From: the human T2T-CHM13v2.0 reference genome, Homo sapiens
Assembly: GCF_009914755.1 (NCBI RefSeq)
Contig: NC_060930.1
Length of the DNA stretch: 64,000 nt
Reading direction: 5' to 3' (one strand)
Shown: one piece after another, positions 40,320 to 54,194 of the stretch
Numbering within the stretch: position 1 is the stretch's first letter
Layout of the letters: the number at the start of each line of letters is the position of its first letter
Notes under the pieces: generated by a model
Database searches by the model: none
Told to the model about the DNA's origin: nothing
What the model saw: the letters and a program-made list of their open reading frames with translations, nothing else
Program-made: the position numbers and the translations under genes

Positions 40320-40697
40320 TCCATGCTTTTCAGGATGACTATTATCAAAAAGACAAAAAGTAACAAGTGTTAACAAGGACGTGGAGATAAGGGAACATTT
40401 GCACACTGTTGGTGGGAATGTAAATTAGTATGGCCACTAGGGAAAACATGATGAAGGTTCTTCAAAAAGTTAAAATAGAACTGCCATATGATGTAGCAAT
40501 CCCACTTCCAGGATACAGACAAAGGATTTTAAATCAGTAGGTTGAAAATATATCCACACTCCCATGTTCATTGCAGCATTATGCACAACAGTCAAGGTAT
40601 GAAATCAACCTGTGTCATTCAGCAGATGAATGGGTAAAGATAATGTATGTATACACAATGGAATTCTATTCAGGCTTTAAAAAGAAAGAAATCCTGG
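40320..40697 (+). mobile_element. L1M 3' fragment
   Basis: cacactgttggtgggaatgtaaattagta...atgttcattgcagcatt. Confidence 0.75.
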
Positions 40698-41005
40698 TGT
40701 AAGCCGAAAAGTGACTGAGGCAGGTCTCAATCAATTAGAGGTTTATTTTGCCAAGGTTCAGGATGCACCTGGGAAAAACACAAATCACAGGAGCATCTAT
40801 GATCCATGCTTATTCCAAAGAGGGTTTTGAGAACTTCAATGTTTAAAAAGAAAGAGTAAGCAGGAAGGGAAAGAGAGAGGAAAAAAAAAAAAGGAGGGAA
40901 GGTAGGCAATGACACAAGTGGTTACATTCTTGTGAGTCTGATTAGTCTCAGTAAATCTACATTTTACATGTGAAAAGAGGGAGTAGAGGAAAAAGTCACT
41001 TATGC
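40698..41005 (-). mobile_element. MER4-family LTR fragment
   Basis: gtctcaatcaattagaggtttattttgccaaggtt is paralogous to the LTR at 43289. Confidence 0.65.
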
Positions 41006-41294
41006 AAAAACAATAACATTGTAGAATCTTCCCAAAAGATTCACTTTCTATTCTCACAGACCGACAATTCCACTCAAGTTAATTACTGCAAAAGCATCCT
41101 AACTGGTCTTCCTGCCTCTACTTTATAATGTCAACATTGCTCATAAATCCAAGTTAATCTCTCTGAGTATGAGTTTCTTTAACTGCAAAATGAGGATATT
41201 ATCTATTCCATAGAGTAATGCCAAGGATTAAATGAAGTGGCAAATATATAGCATCTAAAATAGTTTTGAACACATAGTAGATGCTCAATAATAA

Positions 41295-41940
41295 TTTTTT
41301 TTAATTTTTAATATAATTTTAATTCAATAGCTTTTAGGTTACAAGTGGTTTTTTGTTATATGGATGAATTGTATAGTGGTGAAGCCTGGAATTTTAGTGA
41401 ACCTGTTACCTGAGTAGTGTGCATTGTACTCAATATGTAGTTTTTTATCCTTCACCCTCCTTCCCATCCTCCCCACTTTCTTACTCTCCATTGTCCTTTA
41501 TACCATTCTGTATGCCTTTGAGTACCCATAGCTTAGTACCCACTTAGCTCCTACTTACAAATCAGAACATATGGTATTTAGTTTTCCATGCCTCAATTAG
41601 AAGTTGTAAATTTTGATGGAGTCCAATTTATATATATTTTTTTCATTTCTTGCCTATGCCCTTGGTGTTATATCCAAGAAATCATTGCCTAATCAAATAT
41701 CATGAAGATTTTCCCTATTTTTTTAAGAGTTTTATGGTTTTAGTTTTCACATTTAGGTCTTTGATTCATTTTGAGTTCATTTTGTCTATAATGTAGGGTA
41801 AGAGTCCAGTTTCATTCTTTTGTATGTGGACTTCCAGTTTTCCCAGCACCATTGTTGAAAAGGCTGTCCTTTCTGCATTTAATGGCCTGGCACTCCTGTT
41901 GAAAATCGTTTGACCATATATGTCAGGATAATTTCCTGGT
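41295..41940 (-). mobile_element. L1 fragments (L1MA-like 3' end plus older ORF2 piece)
   Basis: acaagtggttttttgttatatggatgaattgtatagtggtgaag; ccagttttcccagcaccattgttgaa. Confidence 0.75.
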
Positions 41941-42235
41941 TTTGATATTGCACTTTAGTTATGTAAGATGTTACAATTGGGGAAAACTGGATGAAGGCTA
42001 TACAGAATCTTTTTGTTCTATCTTGGTAACTCCCTTTGAAACTACAATTATTTCAAAATATAATGTTAAAAAAGCAAAGCCAACCAAAATAATGTGTTTA
42101 TCTTTTAACAAACTAATTCCATAAGATACCTAATAAAAATTACCCAATGTGAAATACAAAGAGAAAAGAAGAGCAGGGGAAAAACAAAACAGAGCATCCA
42201 AGAGCTGCAGTGCTGTATTGAATGGTTACATCACC

Positions 42236-42551
42236 TTTGTTTGTTTGTTTGTTTGTTTGTTTGTTTGTTTGTTTGTTTTGAGACAGGGTGTCACTCTGTT
42301 GCCCAGGCTGGAATGCAGTGGTGCGATCACAGCTCACTGCATCCCCCACCCTCGCCCCCAACTCAGGCAGTCCTCCCGTCTTAGCCTCTTGAGTAGCTGG
42401 GAATACCAGCACCATGCTTGCCCACTTAATTTTTCTCTTTTTGTAGACAAGATCTCCTTATGTTGCCCAGGCTGCTCTTTAGGTTCAAGCATTCCTCCCA
42501 CCTCAGCCTCCCAAAGTGCTGAGATTACAGATGTGAAACATTGTGCCAGGC
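42236..42551 (-). mobile_element. AluJ with (TTTG)n tail
   Basis: (ttgt)n followed by gagacagggtgtcactctgttgcccagg. Confidence 0.88.
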
Positions 42552-43288
42552 TTATTTTTTTAATGTACTTTTACTCTCTTTCTCTCTTTGTGTTTCACTC
42601 TGGGTAATTTTTATTGATCTATTTCAAACTCACTGATTCTTCCCAGGGCTGTACCACATTTGCTGATGAGCTTGTCAAATGCATTCTTTATTTTTGTTAA
42701 TTTATTTTTATTTTATTTCCATTTCATTCATCCTTAAAGCTTTCATATCTCTGCTGAAACTGTCTAATCTTGCATGTTGTCTACCTTTTCCATTAGAGAT
42801 TTTAGTATGTTAATCACAGTTTATGAAGCAGGTTTACTAATTACCAATACCAAGGGAGGAAAGGGAGGACTTCCACTGCATGGAGAATAGAAAAGATCAT
42901 CACTATGCCAACCACCAGGAAAAGAGGTCCAGATACTTCTTCCCACTGCATTCTGAGCTACTGTTTATGTCCACCATGCACTGGCTACCTGTTTATCTGA
43001 GTCTGGTGAAACAGAACACACTCACACACAAATTATGTGAAGCAGTTTTATTACTTACAAATCAGTAGCAAGGGACAGAAGAAGCCTCAGCTCCATTGTG
43101 AGTCAGTCTCCTAAAGCTCAAGAAAGCTGCCCAGGAGAGATGAAGTCTTAACCGCACCAATTACTCTATTATAGCCTAAAGTGTAAGTCACAGCTCAAAC
43201 TCTTGATCACTTCATTCATATTACATGTTCCAAAAAACAACCACAGGAAAACTTCTCCAACAGTAACTTTGCATGAACTCATGTGTTC

Positions 43289-44182
<894 letters not shown>

Positions 44183-46207
44183 GTTCTAAAACTATGACCA
44201 AGTGTTCATTTCTTCCTGATAGGCACTTAGCACACTGACCATGTGCCTTAAATTGTCCATATGATGCGAAGAGCTATAAATCCATGGAGTCGTAAGTTTG
44301 GGGATACCAACCACAATCCATCTGCAGCAGAAGTGGTTCCTTTGGAACCAAGCTTGAACAGGTCTAAAAACTAGGTTGTTCTTCTGGTTTAGTGACAGAG
44401 ACTACTATCCCAGATGAAAATACAATAGTCTTTTAGTGCTTCTATGCATGGTCATGTCTGTCAGTAGACACTAAAACAATCATAATTCAAGAACAGAGTA
44501 AATAGTAACATAGACCCTTCTGGAATAGTTGTCTCTGTCACCAAAACAGAAAAACAAACTAGACTAAATTCAGAGGATGAGGGGAATCAAGAATGGCTTG
44601 TGAAGGAGGGAAACAAATATTAGTTACAGTCATAATGACAACTATAATAGTAGACACTGTAGCAAATTTCACTAACTTTCTTGCCTTAATCTTCTAGATC
44701 ACAATTGATCACTCTTGTACCTCCCTTCTTGAGGAAAAATTAAAATGTGTTAATTTTCTCAGGAAAAAAAATGAAAGGCACCATATTGGACTATGGGAGC
44801 TTGGAATTCTGAATCACCACCTGGAGAAAAGTGACTCACAAATCTTCAATATCCTCCTTCTGCTACATTAGTGAGTTATAAACTTCTACTATATTTCAGC
44901 CACAATACACTTTTTAGTCTATTTGTTGCAGCAGTTTGGCCTATTCTAATTAGTATAAAAAGAAGAAAAAATAATCATAGAAAAAAATTAAATGAAGAAT
45001 ATAACAATTTTAATAGTTTCTCCTGACTTAGACTCACCTGAAATGATCCTCATTCTTTGTTTTAGGATTAGCAGAGATGTAAGACAGAATTTCATGAAAA
45101 TATTCAACCTGGTGGATGATGCCAAATTAGCAGTTAGCGTGTGTGCCTGGAATTCAAACCATACAAATCCTCCCTGCCCACCTCTCATCCTATCCTTTAG
45201 AGCAGAGCCTGTTTCTCATATATTGCCCCCAAGTCTATATCAATCAAATTAATTTTTATTATCCTGAAAACACCTATAGAAAGACTAACATGTTGAAAGT
45301 TATATTTAAATATGGGCACTCTGCTTCATACTCTTTTGCCAATATTACTTCAAAGCTGTACAAACCTATATTCTTTGCATTTGTGGGAAATTATTATATT
45401 GTAGATAAGGCTAAAATATTTTGTGAATCAAAACATACTATAAAAAGTTGGAAAGAAAGACTTCATTTGGATGTAAATACATGAAAATAGCAGCCCAGAC
45501 ACTCAAGACAAGAGGAATAATAACTAAGTGACCACAAAGGAAATTTTTTATCACATGCCTGGCTGTTCCAGACAGGGAAGCTTGCTTTACCTGAAGGAAG
45601 TGGTCACTAGACCACAATGTAACCAAATACAGGATTCTGCTTTAAAAAAAAAAAAAAAAGATTCACAAAAGTCACGTTCAAGTTAAACCATTAAATACTT
45701 TCCTCTCCAACTAATGAGAAGATGTGGGGCCTCATTAATTCTCTCTGGCAGATTAGGTCAATGAATCCATTCCAGAAAAAAAATTATTGAAAAGAGCAAT
45801 AAATATACAAAATATCAAAGCAGTCATGTGTGCAATCCACAGAAAAGAATAGAAATTTACTTAAGGACAGAAAGAAGTTTAGTAAACAATGATACCACTT
45901 TCTTGGACAGGGCAATTTGTGTCACTTTTCCAGACAAAATACATGGACTTGGTGATGCTTTAATCTAAATAGTAATAAGACAGTTTTATTAACAAAATGT
46001 TTCTAACTTTCAAGAGCGGTATACAAAAACAACTATTGATAAAAATAAGGAGAGGTACTCTAATAGATGTTTACAAATGATTATAAAGCTAAACAATTAA
46101 AACATGTTCATAGTGCCCCAAAAAAAGGACAACTGTGGAATGATATTGGCTGCACATAAACAGAACCTAATTTATGCCACAATTAATGAAATTGAAAATT
46201 TTGTTTA

Positions 46208-46574
46208 CAATAGCCCCCTCTTATCCATGGGAGATATGTTGCAAGGCACCCCAAAGGATGCCTGAAGGCATGTACCAAACTCTGTATATGCTATGTTTTT
46301 CTACACATACAAACATATGATATAGTTTAATTTACAAATTGTGCAGTCATAGGTTAACAACAATAACTAATAATAAAATAGAACAATTATAACAATATAC
46401 TGTAATAAAAGTTATGTAAATGAGATCTGTCTCTCTCTTTCTCTGTCTCTTTCTCTCTCCCCTCTTCTCAAAATATCTTATTGTACTAAACACCTATATT
46501 TTCACACTGTGATTGATTGACCACCAGTAACTGAAACTGTGGAAAGTGAAACCATCGATAAGGGAGGACCACTG
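46208..46574 (+). mobile_element. MER44 (Tigger7-family) MITE
   Basis: ta|caatagccccctcttatc...gataagggaggaccactg|ta; TIRs and TA TSD. Confidence 0.8.
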
Positions 46575-47249
46575 TATTACATTTCTAGGAAGTCGCAAAC
46601 CCTTTGAGAAAATTTTGGGATGGGAGACAAACATATTTCTAAGAAGCCTTCAATGTTACAGGTTATATTCTTCACTTCTTCAAGGTACATAAGGGCCCAC
46701 TCTACTCTTCTGGAGTCTATCCAAATTTGTAGGGTAATGGGCTGTAGCTAATGAGGAATGGAACTCAGTGGGATGTAAGGGGTCCGGAAACAAGTTTTTT
46801 GAAATATACCTGATTGTCATGACACCAATATGGAACGAAAGAGAAAGCAGCATAGTGATAAGGAAATTATGGTGAGATTTTTAGGACAAGAAGCTATTTT
46901 AAAAGAATTTTAAATCATTTTTCTTGGTGTTAGAAATACAATCCTAATTTGATATTTTTCAAGAGGTTGCAATATAATTTGAAGTATTTGAAATGGAGTA
47001 CGGGGAAATTTGCTCTGGCCTCTCTAAAGAACATCATACTGGGACTGCTTTCAAGGATAGAACAAGTTATCCTGCATTTATGTTGGATAAATTAAGAATG
47101 TAGTGCATAATAAAGCAAACTTTTAATCCAGTGGAATAGGAAAAATTACTAAAAATAGTGTTGGGTCAATTAGTGAGTTAGTGGGATAGTAAAAAGAGCC
47201 CATACATACACACATACAGAGATTATACTGAGGCAGATTAAAAGTTTAA

Positions 47250-47569
47250 ATGAGAAGGAACTCAGAACTGAGGAGGAACCACCCAGAACATGCTTGCTAG
47301 TAACACATCTTCCCACCCCCTTATGAATAATCATGTAAGACTCCCATAAAGGGAGTTTCCCCAGTAACATTCAACACTGTCTCACCCGCACAAGCAACCT
47401 GCCCTGAATTGTCTCTTGGGGTGTACTGTTGATTCTGCACCTAACTTTCAGAGTATCCTTTCTCCTTTGCAATAAATTGCTCTATGTTGTATCTCCTTTG
47501 CTGTGTGTCTCGTTTAAATTCTTTTAAACTAAGAAGACAAGAACCGAAGTTTCATGAAAGCCATCAACA
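47250..47569 (+). mobile_element. ERV1 LTR 3' portion (family not resolved)
   Basis: AATAAA, then tttaaattctttt...aagaacc...caaca, typical of MER4-group LTR ends. Confidence 0.55.
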
Positions 47570-47789
47570 AAAATATAGAAAAAAAAAGTAAATATTTATT
47601 TTATTAAAAAGTGGTGAGATGAGTTTAAATAACAAAACAAAGAAAGAAACCGTACAGGAAAGTATTCTTAGACTATACTAAGAAAAAGTAAAGAATTAAT
47701 ATGTGAAAGGTATATCAATTTTAAGCATTCTGTTTATGTCAAAGGTGCTTATGGTGCAGTATGTAAAATTTAAATAAACAAAGCATATT

Positions 47790-48925
47790 GTATTAATTTT
47801 CTAGCCACTGTCATAACAAATTAGTAGAAACTTTGCAGCTTAAAACAACACCCATTTATTATCTCAGTTTTCTAGGTCAGAAGTCTAGGCAAAGCTCAAC
47901 TGGGCTCTCTGCTTAGGATCTCACAAGACTGAAGTCACACGCTGACCTTATAATTCTCATTTGAATATGGAGTCCTCTTCCAAGCTCACTGCCTGTTGAC
48001 AGAATTTATTTCCACGTATGACTGAGGTCCATGTTTTCAAGCTGGCTATCAGCCAGGGATCAGTATCAGCTCCCAGTGACCACTCTCAGTTCCTTGCCAC
48101 ATGGCCCTCTACGTCTTCAAAGTCAGTAATAGGGAGTCTTTCTCATGTTTAATCTCTCTCTTCAAGAAAAGTTCAGTCCCTTTCAAGGGCTCACCTAATT
48201 AGTTCATGCTCACCTACAATAATTTCCTTTTCATAAGACTAATTGCAGTCAAAACATAACCCAATCACAGTAGTGATCATACCATTAAATTTACTGGTTA
48301 CTATTGGGAGCAAGCCCCCCAAAATCTGGCCATAAACTGGCCCCAAATTTATGGCCCCAAATTTATGGCCCAGTTTATGGCTATAAACTGGGCCATAAAT
48401 AAAATCTCTGCAGCACTATAACATGTCCATAATGGCCCTAACACCCAAGCTGGAAGGTTGTGGGTTTACGGGAATGAGGGCAAGGAACACCTGGCCTGCC
48501 CAGGGCAGAAAACCACTTAAAGGCATTCTTAAGCCACAAACAAAAGCATGAGCAATCTATGTCTTAAGGGCGTGTTCCGGCTGCAATTAATTCAGCCCAT
48601 CCCTTCATTTCCCATAGGAATACTTTTAGTTAATTTAATATCTATAGAAACAATGCTAATGACTGGTTTGCTATTAATAAATATGTGAGTAAATCTCTGT
48701 TCAGGGCTCTCAGCTCTGAAGGCTGTGAGATCCCTGATTTCCCACTTCACACCTCTATATTTCTGTGTGTGTGTCTTTAATTCCTCTAGCGCTGCTGGGT
48801 TAGGGTCTCCCTGACAAAGCTGGTCTCGGTAGGTTCCACCCACATTTAAAGGAAAGGAATTTTATAAGGTATGTACAACAGGGGGTGATAGATATTCCTG
48901 GGGGCCATCTTAGAATTCTGCTTTC
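47790..48925. mobile_element. MLT1 (MaLR) LTR interrupted by MER9
   Basis: cataacaaat...gcttaaaacaaca...catttattatctcag; resumes after 48831 and ends ggccatcttagaattctg. Confidence 0.7.
48302..48831 (+). mobile_element. MER9 (HERV-K HML-3) solo LTR
   Basis: tattgggagcaagccccccaaaatctggccataaactggcccc...gctggtctcggta; 6-bp TSD ggttac/ggttcc. Confidence 0.85.
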
Positions 48926-49521
48926 CTTCTCACCTCTTCAGCCCTCTGGCCACCTGTAATTCATGTCCCTCTCAAATGTAAAATACATTAATCCCTTCTC
49001 AAGGACCCCCCAAAGTCTCATTCCATTACAGCCTCAGATCAAGGCCAATATCCTGTCTAAATCTTGTTAGCTCAAAGTCCAAATTCGCAGTGCCTTCATG
49101 CCAAATTACAGGACTTGAAGATGTGAGAATTAGGAACTTGACAGAATATCTAATTATAATTGCTAACAGTCATGAGATTAGTTTATTAATTAAAATCTCA
49201 CCTGGGAACCAAGTGTATAAATGTCATTGAATCCCTGGGGATAGAGACAGGGAAGCACAGGGATCTGATGATATTCATAGTCACTTAACAAAAAAGACTA
49301 GTTGGTATTTTTTTCACCCACACCTAGCTTTGCTGGCATTGAGAAGACACACCTAAGAGAATAATTAATCATACCTACAGGACTCCTTCTTCACCGAGAC
49401 AGAATAACAATGAAGTCATTATTATTGGTGTCATCTGCACTCTACTTATTTATACTTCATATACTTACATAGTATATACCAGAACACTTAAATTAATTTC
49501 ATCTCCAATTACTGTATATTC

Positions 49522-49793
49522 TTTTTTTTTTTTTGAGACAGAGTCTCACTCCATTGCCCAGGCTGGAGTGCAGTGGCACAATCTTGGCTCACTCTGCAAC
49601 TTCCATCTCCTGGGTTGAAGGGATTCTCCTGCCTCAGTCTCCTGAGTAGCTGGGATTACAGGCATGTGCCACCACACCCGGCTGATTTTTGTATTTTTAG
49701 TAGAGACAGGGTTTCCCCATGTTGGCCAGGCTGGTCTCAAACTCCTGAACTCAGGTAATCCGCCTGCCTCGGCCTCCCAAAGTGCTGCGATTA
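49522..49793 (-). mobile_element. AluS
   Basis: Poly-T followed by the dimer body. Confidence 0.92.
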
Positions 49794-49819
49794 TTTTGTA
49801 TTCTACATGTCGATTTTGC

Positions 49820-52800
49820 TGTCTTAATTAATTTCCTGATGATTGCAATAGAATACCTGAAACTGGGTAATTTATAAAGAATCAAAATTTATTTCTGGAG
49901 GCTGGGAAGTCCAAGAGCATGGTGCCAGCATCTGGTGAGAGCCTCCTTGCTAGTGGGGACCCTCTGCAGAGTCCCATTGTGGTGCAAGGCATCACATAGC
50001 AAGCAGGCTGAGAGGGCTACCTCAAGTATCTCTTTCTCCTCTTATCAAACCCTTAGTGCCCCATCACCCCATCCTCATGACCTCATCTAATACTAATTAC
50101 TTCTCACATGTCCCACCCCTAAAATATCATGGTCTGTTTTCTTACCCTTTTATACTGTTACAATAGGGATTAAGTTTCTACATAAGATTTAGAGGAGCAA
50201 ACTTTCAAACCATAGCATTTCACCCCTGCAGCCTCAAAACTCATATTCTTCTCACATTCAAATACATTCATTTTATCCCCAGAGCCCCAAAGTCTTAACT
50301 TTCTCTAGTACCAACTCAAAAGTCCAAAAGTCCAAAGTCCTTATCTGTGAGCCTGAGATACTAAAGCCAATTATCTACCTCCAAGATACAATGCTGGGAC
50401 AGGAGAAATGGGCCAGAAGAAAGAAGTAACAGGCCTCAAGGAAGTCTGAAACTCAACAGGGAAAGACATTAAATTTTAAAGCTGGAAATAATGTCTTTTG
50501 ACTCCATGTTCCTCATCCTGAGCACACAGGGGCAGAAGTTGGGCCCCCAAGACCTCAGGCAACCCTGCCCTCATGGCTTTGCTGGTTGCAGCCCAATATG
50601 GCTGTTCTCATGGGTTGGAGTCAGGTGCCTTGGGTTTTCGAAGCTGGGACTGCATGCTGGTAGCTCTACAGTTTTGGAGTCTTGGTGGCAGTCCCACTGT
50701 CACAGCACCACTAGATATTTCCCTGGGGAGGACTCCCTGTAGCAGTTCCAACCCCACAGTTCCTCTCAGCATTGCCCTAGCAGAGGCTCTTGGTGGTTGA
50801 AGGGGTGGGTCGCCCCTCCACACCTGTGGGTGTTTCTCGTTAGGTGGAACGAGAGACTTGGAAAAGAAAAAGACACAGAGACAAAGTACAGAGAAAGAAA
50901 TAAGGGGACCCAGGGGACCAGCGTTCAGCATATGGAGGATCCCGCCGGCTTCTGAGTTCCCTTCGTATTTATTGATCATTCGTGGGTGTTTCTCAGAGAG
51001 GGGGATGTGTCAGGGTCACAAGACAATAGTGGGGAGAGGGTCAGCAGACAAACACGTGAACAAAGGTCTTTGCATCATAGACAAGGTAAAGAATCAAGTG
51101 CTGTGCTCTAGATATGCATACATATAAACATCTCAATGCTTTACAAAGCAGTATTGCTGCCTGCATGTCTCACCTCCAGTCTTAAGGCGGTTTTTCCCTA
51201 TCTCAGTAGATGGAACTTACAATCGGGTTTTATACCAAGACATTCCATTGCCCAGGGACGGGCAGGAGACAGATGCCTTCCCCTTGTCTCAACTGCAAGA
51301 GGCATGCCTTCCTCTTATACTAATCCTCCTCAGCACAGACCCTTTACGGGTGTCGGGCTGGGGGATGGTCAGGTCTTTCCCTTCCCACAAGGCCATATTT
51401 CAGACTATCCCATGGGGAGAAACCTTGGACAATATCTGGCTTTCCTAGGCAGAGGTCCCTGCGGCCTTCCACAGTGTTTGTGTCCCTGGGTACTTGAGAT
51501 TAGGGAGTGGTGATGACTCTTAAGGAACATGCTGCCTTCAAGCATCCGTTTAACAAAGCACATCTTGCACAACCCTTAATCCATTTAACCCTGAGTTCGA
51601 CACAGCACATGTTTCAGAGAGCACGGGGTTGGGGGTAAGGTCATAGATTAACAGCACTCAAGGCAGAAGAATTTTTCTTAGTACAGAACAAAATGGAGTC
51701 TCCTATGTCTACTTCTTTCTACACAGACACAGTAACAATCTGATCCCTCTTGCTTTTCCCCACAGTGGTGGCCCTGCCCCTGTGGCAGTTTTCTCCCTGG
51801 GTTCCCAGGCAGTCTGATACATCCTTTGAAATCTAGGTGGAGATTTCTATGCCTTCCCACTAGTCTTGCATCCTGAAGACCTGCAGAAATAGCACCACAT
51901 GCATGTGGACATTGCCAAGGCTTACTGCTTGTGCCCTCTGCAGCTACAATATGAGTCACATCTAGGGCCACTTGAGCTATGGCTGGAGCAACCAGGATGA
52001 GGGAAGCACTGTCCTGAGGTGGCATTGGGCAGCAAGCCCATGGAGGACACCCCAGGCCTGTCTCCTGAAACCATTCTTTCCTCCTAGAGCTCTGGGCCTG
52101 TGATGGCAGGGGTAGACTTGAAGATCTCTAAAGTGCATTCAGTGTTTGTCTCCCATTGTCTTGATGAATAGCTTCTGGCTTTATTCTATTCATACAATTC
52201 TCCTTATCAATCAGTCCCTCCTTATCAATCATTCCTTCAGACACACCCTTGGTTTCCTCTGTTGAAAATGCTCTTTCAGGGCCAGGCTGCAAAATTTCCT
52301 AATCTTTCCACTTAGCTTCCCTTTTAATTATAAATTCCACCTTTAAGTTATTTTTTACCTCTCACAGCTTTAATGTAAGCAGTTAAAAGTAGCCATGCAG
52401 CTGCCTGACTGCTTTGCTGCTTAGATATTTCTTCTGCCATATAGCCTAATAAAACCATCAGATATAGACACAATTCAGAACCAAGTTTTTCACGCATTTA
52501 TAACAAGGATGGCCTTTACTTCAGTTTCCAATTCCTTGTTCCTCAGACCTGAGACCTCAGCAGAACAGCCCTTACTGTCCATATTTCTATTGACATTCTG
52601 GTCCTGACCACTCAAATCATCACAAAGGAGTTCCAGACTTTTCCTAGTCTTCTTGACTTCTTCTAAGCCCTCACCAAAATCACCCTTTATCACCAGAATT
52701 GACATTTAAGGCAATACAGGCTTTTTCTCGCCTGCCTTTTTGAGTTCTTTTAACCTCTACCCATTACCCAGTTCCACAGCTGCTTCCACATTTTCAGATA

Positions 52801-53230
52801 TTTGTTATTAGCAACAGCCCAACTTTTTAGTACCAATTTTCTGCCTTAGTCTGTTTCTTGTTGCTTGTAACAGAATGCCAAAAATTGGGTAATTTATGAA
52901 GAAACAAAATTTATCTCTTATGGTTCTGGAGGATGAGAAGTCCCAGAGCATGGTGCCAGCATCTGGTGAGAGTCTTCTTATTGGTGGGCCTTCTGCCGAG
53001 TTCTGATGAGGTGCAGAGCATCATGTGACAAGAGGGCAAAGGGGTATGGCTCAAGGTCTCTGTTTCTCCTCTCAATGCCCCACCCTCAAGACCTCATCTA
53101 ATCCTAATTACTTCCCAAAGGTGCCACCTCTCAAATACCATAGTTGGATTTACAGCCCTCTTAATACTATTACTATGGGGATTAAGTTTCAATATGAGTT
53201 TCAGAGAAAATAAACATTCAAACCATAGCA
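49820..53230 (-). mobile_element. MaLR (MST-type) provirus with two LTRs (49820-50217, 52842-53230) and internal region
   Basis: Paired LTRs share gggtaatttat, gagcatggtgccagcatctggtgagag and ttcaaaccatagca; PBS-like gtaccaatttt lies beside one LTR and a purine tract (minus) beside the other. Confidence 0.85.
50798..51764 (-). mobile_element. HERV-K (HML-2) LTR5 solo LTR, 967 bp
   Basis: Minus strand tgtggggaaaagcaagagggatcagattgttactgtgtctgtgtag...cccaccccttca; exact TSD gtggt. Confidence 0.93.
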
Positions 53231-54194
53231 TTGCCCATCTCTTTTACTCTCCTCCCTCCTCTTCTTTTCTGTACTCCACTGTCCCTGTCCAGAGGTTTTA
53301 TTTAGCCACTCCACCTCAGCCCATCAGGCTTCCAATCAAAATCCCAGTTCTTCAGTGATCATTCAGATTTATTGTCCTGTTGTAATATCTGGAACAATAA
53401 CAATCTTCTCAGGACAGTTGTTTTTTATTTGCTTCAGTTCCTTTTGAGAAAGTTATTCTGTGTCTTCTCACTTCCTTATATCTATAGCATACAAGTGTTT
53501 GAAAACATTCTCCTCAACCTCCTTTAAAATCATGGGGAGCCCAACCTCAGCTCCTAGCCAGAAGCAGAAAGTCAAAATTTGGCTCTCTTTCCTCCATAGA
53601 GCACTTTTGGTTTCTTTCCCACTTAGGAATTAAATTCCCAGCCAATAATGCCTACTTTCAGGCATAGAAGTCAAGACTTCAGCCCTACTCACCATATGCA
53701 TATCTATCTTATTTGAAGTTCTCAGGAAGAACTTTTGTATCTACACTCATACTTTTTAATCCTTTTTAGTACATTGCTTCATATAGCTTTCTTGGTGGTG
53801 GTTGTACTTATTACAATATATACATATAACTTATCACAGTCTACTGGTATTGATGTTTTACCACTTTGAGTGAAGGATACAGTCCGTATCTCTATTACCA
53901 TTAGCATATTTTACCCTCTCTACTTTTTAAATGCAATTGTATTAAGTATTTCTTCCACATGCATTCCCATCCACAGTTTGGATATTTGTCCACTCCAAAT
54001 CTCATGTTGAAATTTGATCCCCAATGTTGGAGGCAGGGCCTAATGGGAGATGTTTAGACCATGGGGGCAGATCCCTCATGAATGGCTTTGTGCTAATGTC
54101 ATGATCCTAATGCTTGTTTTATTCCTCAATGTCATCATTGATTCAACCATAGCTTTTATTTTTAATTTGCTTTTTGTTTGTTTGTTTTCTTTTC

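Noticed and set aside
42149-42607. 152-aa ORF
   Set aside because: Translation of an antisense Alu plus a (TTTG)n tail.
47293-47304. RFX/X-box-like cttgctagtaac
   Set aside because: Lies in an LTR with no Y box at class II spacing, so it cannot be called an X-Y module.
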